Assembly: GCA_044223005.1 (NCBI GenBank) | Contig: JBGAML010000014.1 | Location: 32,001-96,000, forward strand | DNA from: Candidatus Eiseniibacteriota bacterium | GTDB taxonomy: Bacteria > Eisenbacteria > RBG-16-71-46 | Length of the DNA: 64,000 nt | Direction of reading: 5' to 3' | In this document: positions 56,890-64,000 of the stretch, one piece after another | Position numbering within the stretch: the stretch's first letter is position 1 | How the letters are laid out: each line of letters opens with the position of its first letter | Translations under genes and position numbers: made by a program | The notes under the pieces: model-generated | What the model saw: only the letters and a program-made list of their open reading frames with translations | What the model was told of the DNA's origin: nothing | Databases searched by the model: none

Positions 56890-59112
56890 ATGTTCAAGCG
56901 CTACGCGCGCTGGCTGCACACGGGGTGGCCCGCGGGGCGCGTGGAGAAGTTACCCGAAGTAAGGCCGGACGGCAGCACGGCCGTCCCCGGGCTTTGGATC
57001 GCCGGCGACCTGGCCGGCGTCCCGCTGCTCAAGTTCGCGCTCGATTCCGGCGCGCGCGTCGCGCGCCGTGTCGCGGACGACGTGCGTGCGCATCCGTCGG
57101 CCGCGGGCGGCACCGACCTCGCGATCGTCGGCGCGGGCGTCGCCGGCATGGCCGCGGCGCTCGAGGCGAAGCGGCTGGGGCTCGCGTTCGTGGTGATCGA
57201 GGCCGCCGAACCGTTCGCGACGATCGCCGACTTCCCCGCCGGCAAGCCCATCTTCACCTACCCCGGCACGTTCACGCCCGAGGGCCCGCTCCAGGTCACC
57301 GCGCCCACGCGCGAGACGCTGCTCGAGGAACTCCGCGCGCAGGCCATCGCGGCCGCGATCCCCGTGCGGCCCGGCCGCGCCGAGCGGGTGACGCGCGAAG
57401 GCGGCGCGCTCGCGCTCCGGCTCGCGGGCGGCGAGGTCGTGCGCGCGCGGCACGTGCTGCTGGCGATCGGGCGCACCGGCGAGGCGCGCCGGCTCGGCGT
57501 GCCGGGCGAGGCGGCGCCACGCGCCTACCACCGCCTGCACGACCCGGCGGCGTTCGCGAACCGCGACGTGCTCGTGGCGGGCGGCGGCGATTCGGCCTGC
57601 GAGGCGGCGATCGCGCTCGCCGGCGCCGGCGCGCGCGTGACGCTCGTCCACCGCGGCCCGCGGCTCGACCGCCCGCGCCCGGAGAACGCCGCCGCGGTCG
57701 TCGCGCTCGAGCGCGCGGGCCGGCTCACGCGCGTGGCCGGGGCCACGTTGCGCGCGATCGGCGCGCGTGACGTCACGCTCTCGGACGGACGCACGCTCGC
57801 CAACGACGTCGTGTTCGCGCTGCTCGGCCGCGAAGCGCCGCTCGAGCTGCTGCGCGCGAGCGGCGTGCCCATCGCGGGCGAGCTGCGGCCGCGCGATCGC
57901 ATCGCGCTCGCGGCGTTCGTGGCGCTGATCGCCGTGCTCGACGACTGGAAGGCCGGCGGCCCGCTCGCCGGGCTCGCCCAGCGGCTCGGGCTCTTCCCGT
58001 TCGATCTCCCGCACCGGCTCGCGACCGCGGGTGGTGCGCTCGCGACGGCCGCCGCGGATCCGCGCACGCTGCTGGGGACGCTGGCGATCAGCGCGGCCGC
58101 GCCCGCGTTCTGGTTCACGCTCGCCTACTCGGCCGTCGTCGTGACGTTCGGGATCGCGCGGATCCGCCGCCGCCGTACGCCGTACGTCACGCTCCAGACC
58201 ACGGTGCTCGCCGCGGTGCAGGTGCTGCCGCTCTTCCTGCTGCCGGAGGTCCTGCTGCCGTGGCTCGACCACAATGGCCTGCTGCCGCGCGCGTTCGCCG
58301 ACGCGCTCTTTCCCGCCGTCACGTACGGGCACGGGCGCGAGTTCTGGCGCGCGTACGGTTTCGTGTTCGCGTTCCCGCTCGACGTCTACAACGTCTTCAC
58401 GCCGCACCCGCTCCCGTGGTGGCTCGTCATCGGGGCCCTGCAGGTGTTCGTGCTGATCCCGCTCGCGGTCTGGCGCTGGGGCAAGGGCGCCTACTGCGGC
58501 TGGATCTGCTCCTGCGGCGCGCTCGCCGAGACGCTGGGCGACACCGCGCGCACGCGCATGCCACACGGCCCGCGCTGGAACCGCCTGAACATGGCCGGCC
58601 AGGTGATCCTCGGGCTCTCGCTGTTGCTGCTCGCGGTGCGCGTCGCGGGCTGGATGCTGCCGCCGGGCAACCTCGCCGACCGCTGGATGAGCGGCCCGCT
58701 GCTCGCCGGCTGGAAGTGGATCGTCGACATCGCGATCGGCAGCGTGATCGGCGTCGGGCTCTACTTCTGGTATTCGGGCCGCGTCTGGTGCCGGTTCTTC
58801 TGCCCGCTCGCGGCGTGGATGCACGTGCTCGCGCGCTTCTCGCGCTTCGCGATCGTGCCCGAGAAGGCGAAGTGCATCTCGTGCAACCAGTGCACGGCGC
58901 AGTGCCACATGGGCATCGACGTGATGGCGTTCGCGCAGCGCGGCGCCCCGATGCGCGATCCCGAGTGCGTGCGCTGCTCGGCGTGCGTCGGCGCGTGCCC
59001 GACCGGCGTGCTGCAGTTCGGGAGCGTCGCGGCGAACGGCGCGATCGTCTCTCTCGATTCGCTGCTGGCCTCGCCCGTCCGCGCGCGCGAGAACGCGCAG
59101 CCAGTCGCCTGA
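56890..59112 (+). CDS. FAD/NAD(P)-dependent oxidoreductase fused to a membrane 4Fe-4S (NapH/YccM-like) domain
   Basis: PGLWIAGD, GAGVAG, GGGDSA; TMs; YCGWICSCG, WCRFFCP, CISCNQC, CVRCSACVGACP. Confidence 0.82.
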   Translation: MFKRYARWLHTGWPAGRVEKLPEVRPDGSTAVPGLWIAGDLAGVPLLKFALDSGARVARRVADDVRAHPSAAGGTDLAIVGAGVAGMAAALEAKRLGLAFVVIEAAEPFATIADFPAGKPIFTYPGTFTPEGPLQVTAPTRETLLEELRAQAIAAAIPVRPGRAERVTREGGALALRLAGGEVVRARHVLLAIGRTGEARRLGVPGEAAPRAYHRLHDPAAFANRDVLVAGGGDSACEAAIALAGAGARVTLVHRGPRLDRPRPENAAAVVALERAGRLTRVAGATLRAIGARDVTLSDGRTLANDVVFALLGREAPLELLRASGVPIAGELRPRDRIALAAFVALIAVLDDWKAGGPLAGLAQRLGLFPFDLPHRLATAGGALATAAADPRTLLGTLAISAAAPAFWFTLAYSAVVVTFGIARIRRRRTPYVTLQTTVLAAVQVLPLFLLPEVLLPWLDHNGLLPRAFADALFPAVTYGHGREFWRAYGFVFAFPLDVYNVFTPHPLPWWLVIGALQVFVLIPLAVWRWGKGAYCGWICSCGALAETLGDTARTRMPHGPRWNRLNMAGQVILGLSLLLLAVRVAGWMLPPGNLADRWMSGPLLAGWKWIVDIAIGSVIGVGLYFWYSGRVWCRFFCPLAAWMHVLARFSRFAIVPEKAKCISCNQCTAQCHMGIDVMAFAQRGAPMRDPECVRCSACVGACPTGVLQFGSVAANGAIVSLDSLLASPVRARENAQPVA

Positions 59113-59136
59113 GCCGCCAGGCGGTCCGGGTCCGGG

Positions 59137-59181
59137 AAAAAAGACGACGCGCGGGTCAGGCTGCCTCCTGACCCGCGCGTC
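59137..59181 (-). terminator. Intrinsic terminator of csp gene
   Basis: 15-bp stem 59146-59160/59167-59181 followed by TTTTTT on the minus strand. Confidence 0.75.
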
Positions 59182-59196
59182 GGACCCGTGAGGGGC

Positions 59197-59397
59197 TTAG
59201 ATCTTGCGGACGTTGCTCGCCTGGAGACCCTTGGGCCCCTTGACGACCTCGAACTCCACCCGCTCGCCCTCGGCGAGGGTCTTGAAGCCTTCACCCTGGA
59301 CGGCGGAGAAGTGGACGAACACGTCCTCGCCACCTTCCTGGGAGATGAAGCCGAATCCCTTCGCGTCGTTGAACCACTTCACGGTACCGATAGCCAC
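59197..59397 (-). CDS. cspA: Cold-shock protein
   Basis: [35 protein letters not shown] start. Confidence 0.95.
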   Translation of the reverse strand: MAIGTVKWFNDAKGFGFISQEGGEDVFVHFSAVQGEGFKTLAEGERVEFEVVKGPKGLQASNVRKI

Positions 59398-59576
59398 TGC
59401 GGACTCCTTACGTCGGGGAGGTGGACCTCCCGTGTCGAACTTCGCGCCGGTTGGTCCAGCGCGTATCTGCGGCGTCGGGGCTCCGGGGGGCCAAAGAAAA
59501 ACAGCCGCGGTCGAATGGCTCCGCAGCTGGCGCGCAACTTCGCGGCAAGACTTCAGATCCCGGTTCCGACCGCGAC

Positions 59577-59605
59577 ATATTGATCGCGGGTCGCAACCGG
59601 GTCAA
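59577..59605 (-). promoter_or_regulatory. Candidate sigma70 promoter for csp
   Basis: TTGACC-N17-CAATAT; implies a ~170-nt 5' UTR. Confidence 0.4.
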
Positions 59606-59832
59606 GCGCCGTTTCTCACGGGCGGCACGAGCGCAGGCGGCCGCCCGACGGGCGCAAACGCCGTTCGGGCCGTAGAAACCGGTTACATTGCCGCGCGGGC
59701 CGGACCCGGGCAGCCGCGAGCGCTGGTCGCGTGGCCGCCCCGGGCGCCTTCCCCGCCGGGAGTTCGCCCGCCCGAACGCCGGCGCGGCGCGCGGGGTCGC
59801 CCCCGCGCGCCGCGTCGGTCGTCGCGCTCGCG

Positions 59833-60336
59833 CTATTTCACGTCGAGCAGCTGCACCTCGAACACGAGCGTCGCGTTGGGCGGAATCACGCCGCCCGCGC
59901 CGCGCTGGCCGTAGCCGAGTTCGGAGGGGATCGTCAGCTTGCGCTTGCCGCCGACGCGCATGCCCTTCACGCCCTCGTCCCAGCCTTCGATCACCTGGTG
60001 CTGGCCGAGCACGAAGCTGAACGGCGAGCCGCGATCGAGCGAGCTGTCGAACTTGGTGCCGTCGGTGAGCCAGCCCGTGTAGTGCACCACCGCCGTCAGG
60101 CCGGGATCGGCTATCTTGCCGTCGCCGACGACGAGGTCCTCGTACTGGAGGCCGCTCGCGAGCTTGTGCACCTTCGCGGGGTTCGTGGCCGTGGGCGCGG
60201 CGGGCGCAGCCGCCTCGGTGCCGGCCGCCGGGGCCGGGGTGGCCGAGCCGGCGGTCCCGGCCGGCGGGGTCTTGCAGCCGGCGGCGGCGACGAGAGCCAG
60301 CACCGCGAGCAGGGCGAGCAGGGAATGACGCTTCAT
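59833..60336 (-). CDS. FKBP-type peptidyl-prolyl isomerase (lipoprotein)
   Basis: AAAGC lipobox; [30 protein letters not shown]. Confidence 0.93.
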   Translation of the reverse strand: MKRHSLLALLAVLALVAAAGCKTPPAGTAGSATPAPAAGTEAAAPAAPTATNPAKVHKLASGLQYEDLVVGDGKIADPGLTAVVHYTGWLTDGTKFDSSLDRGSPFSFVLGQHQVIEGWDEGVKGMRVGGKRKLTIPSELGYGQRGAGGVIPPNATLVFEVQLLDVK

Positions 60337-60562
60337 TGCGGGTTCTCCTCGGGAGTCGTTCGGTACCGCTGGGAAGGCCCGGACGCTCGCACATGCCGGG
60401 GCGCCCGACAAGCCCCCGGGAACCCATTCCCGACTCGCCGGAATCCCGGTCAAGCCCTTCCCCCGAACGGCCGAAAACCCGGGAGAATCGCCGACGGAGC
60501 ACCCCGGCCCCGTCGGGTCGCCCGTTCGGGCCGCCGGGGCCTCACGGTCACAGGAGCATTCC

Positions 60563-61231
60563 GTGGAAATCCAGAACCTCGTCGTCGCTCGCTACGTCGA
60601 TGGACGCGTCCTCAAGGGCACGACGCGCGATTTCGCGCCGAACCGCCCGAGCTTCCACGTCGAGGTCGGCAGCACGCGCGAAGTGATCGAAGTCCGCACG
60701 AAGCAGCTCAAGGCGGCCTTCTTCGTGAAGTCGTTCGAGGGCGACCCGCAGCGCGATGACGTGCGCGGCTTCCTCGAGGCGCCGCAGGAAGTCTCGCAGG
60801 GCCGCAAGATCGCCGTGCGATTCAAGGACGGCGAGTTCGTCTGCGGCTACACGATGTCCTGGTCGCCCGATCGCGAGGGCTTCTTCATGTTCCCCGCGGA
60901 CCCGGGCAGCAACAACGACCGGATCTACGTGATCACCTCGTCCACCGTCGAAGTGAAGGCCGGCCTGCAGGCCGAGGCGCTCGCGCAGCGCATGCTCGCC
61001 GCCGACGCCGCGCGCGGCGCGGCCGCGCCCGCGACCGGCCCCGGCAACGCGGTCACCCCGCGCCCGTCCGCGATCGCGCCGCGGCCGAGCGGCGTGTTCC
61101 CGCGGCCCTCGGGCGTGATGCCGCGCCCCTCGACCGCGATGCCGCGCCCGAGCGGCGTGATGCCGCGGCCCTCGAGCATCGGCCCGCGTCCGCAGGGCCT
61201 GCCGCCCAACCCGCCCGACGACAAGCGCTAG
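60563..61231 (+). CDS. DUF6982-like protein with Pro/Arg-rich heptad tail
   Basis: [45 protein letters not shown]. Confidence 0.72.
   Translation: MEIQNLVVARYVDGRVLKGTTRDFAPNRPSFHVEVGSTREVIEVRTKQLKAAFFVKSFEGDPQRDDVRGFLEAPQEVSQGRKIAVRFKDGEFVCGYTMSWSPDREGFFMFPADPGSNNDRIYVITSSTVEVKAGLQAEALAQRMLAADAARGAAAPATGPGNAVTPRPSAIAPRPSGVFPRPSGVMPRPSTAMPRPSGVMPRPSSIGPRPQGLPPNPPDDKR
61058..61201 (+). repeat. In-frame 21-bp tandem repeat (PRPSxxx x6 plus partial)
   Basis: [47 protein letters not shown]. Confidence 0.85.
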
Positions 61232-61256
61232 AGCCGCTTCACTGCCCGAAGCACGA

Positions 61257-61278
61257 ACGCCCACCGTCCGGTGGGCGT
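61257..61278. terminator. Hairpin between convergent genes
   Basis: ACGCCCACC-GTCC-GGTGGGCGT. Confidence 0.5.
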
Positions 61279-61303
61279 CTCGTCTTTCGGCGCGTCGCTC
61301 GCT

Positions 61304-61402
61304 CTAGCGGGCCTTCTTCTTCGCAGCCCGCGCCTTGTTCTTCTTCTTCTGGCTGCTGAGCTTGGCGCGCTTGCGGCGCAGGCGGTGCTTGTAGCTGGTC
61401 AT
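61304..61402 (-). CDS. 32-aa highly basic small protein
   Basis: MTSYKHRLRRKRAKLSSQKKKNKARAAKKKAR*; GGAG RBS; nearly all codons end in G/C. Confidence 0.65.
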   Translation of the reverse strand: MTSYKHRLRRKRAKLSSQKKKNKARAAKKKAR

Positions 61403-61508
61403 GGCGCTCCCGTGAGGCGTTCTGGACGCGCCACCACGGCGCGCAGCCGCAGACTGTAGCCGGTCGCGGCGGTGGCGCGCAAGCGCCCGCCGCGCGCCCC
61501 GGCGCGCG

Positions 61509-62264
61509 TCAGTGCGCTGTCGCGCGCAGCCAGCGCACGTAGGCCCAGAGCGTGTCCACGTCCGCGGGCGTGGCGTGCCGCTCGTACGCGGGCATGTGCA
61601 CCGCCGCTCGCCGCAGGAAGAAGCGCGCGGCCGGGTTGGTGCGGAAGCGCTGGCTCACGCCCTGCCCCACCCATTCGCCGAACTCGCGCCGATCACGCAC
61701 CAGTTCCGGGAAGTCCCTCCCGTCCCACGCCGGGACGTAGCCTTTCAGCGAGCCGGGATTGCGCGGCGAGAGCCGGCCGCCCGGGCCGTGGCAGCCGACG
61801 CAGCCCAGGGCTTCGGCCTTCGCGAGCCCCGCCGCGGCCATCGCGTCCTCGGGCTCCGGGTTGCCGGCGCAGGCGTTCACGTAGGCGACGAGATCGTCGA
61901 CCTGCCGCGCCGACAGCACGCGCCCGAACGCCGGCATGCGCAGCGCCCCCTTCGCACGGTCGGCGCGCCACGACTCGCTCGCCGCGCGGCGCTTCGGGAC
62001 GCCGTCGCGGATCCATTCGCGCAGGTCGTCGTCGTTCTTCGCATACATCATCACGTCGCCGAACCAGCCTGGGACGGTCTTGTCCGGGCGGCCGTGGTTG
62101 GCGATGCCACCGGTGCCGCCGGGACCGTGGCACGTGAAGCAGCCCCAGCGCTCCGCGAGCCGCTGCCCTCGCTCGGCGGGCGTGAGCCGCGCGCGCGCGA
62201 CGATCGCCCACGTCACGAGGACGCAGGCGATCAGCACGAACAGGACGCGGGCGAGCGCGCGCAC
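61509..62264 (-). CDS. Diheme cytochrome c
   Basis: GCFTCHG and GCVGCHG, each followed by MPA(F/Y) axial Met; N-terminal anchor; start uncertain. Confidence 0.82.
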   Translation of the reverse strand: MRALARVLFVLIACVLVTWAIVARARLTPAERGQRLAERWGCFTCHGPGGTGGIANHGRPDKTVPGWFGDVMMYAKNDDDLREWIRDGVPKRRAASESWRADRAKGALRMPAFGRVLSARQVDDLVAYVNACAGNPEPEDAMAAAGLAKAEALGCVGCHGPGGRLSPRNPGSLKGYVPAWDGRDFPELVRDRREFGEWVGQGVSQRFRTNPAARFFLRRAAVHMPAYERHATPADVDTLWAYVRWLRATAH

Positions 62265-62314
62265 CGGAGACGCGACGGCGCGCGTGCCGTGGGGCACGCG
62301 CCGGAGGCGATTTC

Positions 62315-62731
62315 CTACTGGGTCGCGCCGACCAGCTTGGCGCCGGTGACGTCGATGCCGGTGACCCCGCCGCGTGCGTTCAACGTGCCCGTCACCTCGG
62401 CGATCGAGCCGGCCATGCCCTTGAGCGCGTTGTACGGATCGGCGTTGTCGTGGTTCGGCGTCAGCAGGATCGCCTTGCCGTCCACCATGAGCATGATCGG
62501 CATGCCGTTGGAGGCGCACTTGAGCGCGCAATCCTTGTGCTTCGCCCCCATGGCGCCGTGGCCGAGGTAGCAGCCGGCGTCGAGCACTTCGCCCTTCCAC
62601 GTGCCCGCCTTGCCGCCGCCCATCGCGCCGCCCATCGCGGCCTTGGCCTTGCCCTGGCCCGCCGCGGCGAAACTGACCGCCGCCACGGTGACGAGCGCCA
62701 GCGTGAGCACGAGAACGAGAAGTCGCTTCAT
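62315..62731 (-). CDS. Secreted Cys/His/Met-rich hypothetical protein
   Basis: Signal peptide; GEVLDAGCYL..HKDCALKCASNGMP; GGAGG RBS. Confidence 0.75.
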   Translation of the reverse strand: MKRLLVLVLTLALVTVAAVSFAAAGQGKAKAAMGGAMGGGKAGTWKGEVLDAGCYLGHGAMGAKHKDCALKCASNGMPIMLMVDGKAILLTPNHDNADPYNALKGMAGSIAEVTGTLNARGGVTGIDVTGAKLVGATQ

Positions 62732-62876
62732 GGCATTCCTCCGGAGGATGGATGGATTCCGCGCCGCGCGACGCGGACGGAGCATTGCGACCCGAACGAG
62801 AACGGCGCCGGGGGCACCGGTGTGACGCCACGAGCGCGCGTGGGGCGCGCGGATACGGCCGAATGCGGCCGAAGTG

Positions 62877-63605
62877 CTAGGTGAGCTCGATGTGCTTCAG
62901 GTCGAGCGGCACGTACAGCCCTCCGCCCTGGCCACCGAACCACTCGTTGCCCTTGCGCAGCGCTTCCGACGGCACGTCGACCACGGGCAACCCGAGCTGG
63001 TCTGTCGCGGCGATCCGCGGCGTCGTGGGCAGCGCGTAGCGTTCGCTCGCGAGGTAGTCCTCGAACTCGTCGAGCGTCCACGCGAACAGCGCGTCGACGT
63101 CCCAGATGAGCTGCACCTCGCGGCCGCGCAGCAGGTCGGGCGGATCGTCCGGACCGGCGGACTTGAGGGTGCCGACGGCGCAGCAGTCGCAACCGAACCA
63201 GAAGTCGAGCTCGCCCGCGAGCACCAGGTTCTCGGTCACCCGGCCCTCGGTCGGCGCGTCGCGCCAGACGTTGCCCAGCAGCTCGGAGATGGCGAAGAGG
63301 TAGCGCAGCAGCGCGCGCGGGTCGTCGGAGGCGGCACCCCGCAACCCGGACGCGAGCACGCGCAGGTTGCGGATGGCCTCGAGGCGCACCCACGGCGAAC
63401 GGCGGTTGGCCAGCGCGGTCAGGTTGTGCAGCGCGCCGTCCATCCGCTCGCGCACCACCGACAGCAGCTCGTCGAACGTCCCGGCGCCCTTGTCGAGGAA
63501 CTCGACGTTGCGCCGCATCGCCTGGTTCAACGGCAGGTAGGCCGCGCGCAGCGTGGCCCAGTCTTCCGTCAGTCGTTGTTTGGCGATGACGTCCCAATCG
63601 GCCAT
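62877..63605 (-). CDS. Hypothetical protein with CxCC motif
   Basis: GAGGAG RBS before ATG 63605; FWFGCDCCAVG. Confidence 0.7.
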   Translation of the reverse strand: MADWDVIAKQRLTEDWATLRAAYLPLNQAMRRNVEFLDKGAGTFDELLSVVRERMDGALHNLTALANRRSPWVRLEAIRNLRVLASGLRGAASDDPRALLRYLFAISELLGNVWRDAPTEGRVTENLVLAGELDFWFGCDCCAVGTLKSAGPDDPPDLLRGREVQLIWDVDALFAWTLDEFEDYLASERYALPTTPRIAATDQLGLPVVDVPSEALRKGNEWFGGQGGGLYVPLDLKHIELT

Positions 63606-63668
63606 GAAACTCCTCCTCTGTCCGGTCTGGCCCGGTCGAGCCCGGGGGCTCTCCCACGGCGGTTCCGC

Positions 63669-63698
63669 AGTATATCGGCGGGTTCCACGAGGGTCCAA
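63669..63698 (-). promoter_or_regulatory. Candidate sigma70 promoter
   Basis: TTGGAC-N18-TATACT upstream of the 63605 start. Confidence 0.4.
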
Positions 63699-63760
63699 CC
63701 CCGCACTCCGGTGGATGCACGCCGGCGTCCGGAGGTGGTCCCCGAGTCGCAAACTCGCCG

Positions 63761-64000
63761 TCAGGGAACCTCGACCACGACCCGCGTGCCGCCCGAACTG
63801 GACGCGCGTGCCGCGTCCAGGGCCGCCTGCACGGGGACCGCATCGGCGGCGAAGCCCGGCACGAGCGGCTCGCCGCGATCGATCGCGGCGTGAAAGCGCT
63901 CGACCATCATGCGGAACGGCGCGAGCAGCGCCGGCTCGCCTTCGCGGCGCTCGAGCCGGAACGCGTCCGGGATCGTCACCTCTTCGACGTCGCGGCCCGG
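63761..64000 (-). CDS. C-terminus of probable Gfo/Idh/MocA oxidoreductase (partial)
   Basis: ERFHAAIDRGEPLVPGF.DAVPVQAALDAARASS..G ending typical of the family. Confidence 0.55.
   Translation of the reverse strand, partial: PGRDVEEVTIPDAFRLERREGEPALLAPFRMMVERFHAAIDRGEPLVPGFAADAVPVQAALDAARASSSGGTRVVVEVP

Overview
GC-rich bacterial chromosome segment. Several secreted proteins carry FlgD/T9SS-like C-terminal domains, which suggests an FCB-superphylum lineage such as Ca. Eisenbacteria (inference only). From left to right it holds: a potABCD-type polyamine ABC transporter; tRNA-Leu(CAA); an accessory block (TIGR03067-like gene with a structured leader, a SatD-like/membrane-protein pair preceded by 28-bp-phased palindromes, large secreted proteins, a methyltransferase); exported peptidases; and a multiheme cytochrome c / Fe-S protein / NrfD operon with a heme- and Cys-rich sensor kinase and a REC-GcvH-like protein. 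Next is an ~19 kb anaerobic energy cluster: IorAB plus ADP-forming acyl-CoA synthetase, a divergent POR-type enzyme plus ferredoxin, and ApbE-RnfCDGEAB-KorAB with atypical RnfA and RnfE. The right end has acs, an S9 peptidase, a permuted flavoprotein/Fe-S membrane fusion, csp, FKBP, a 32-aa basic small ORF and a cytochrome c pair. No integrase, transposase, rRNA or CRISPR array was seen. Family calls come from motif recognition by eye, not database searches. Many starts were trimmed from the ORF track to the likely true start.
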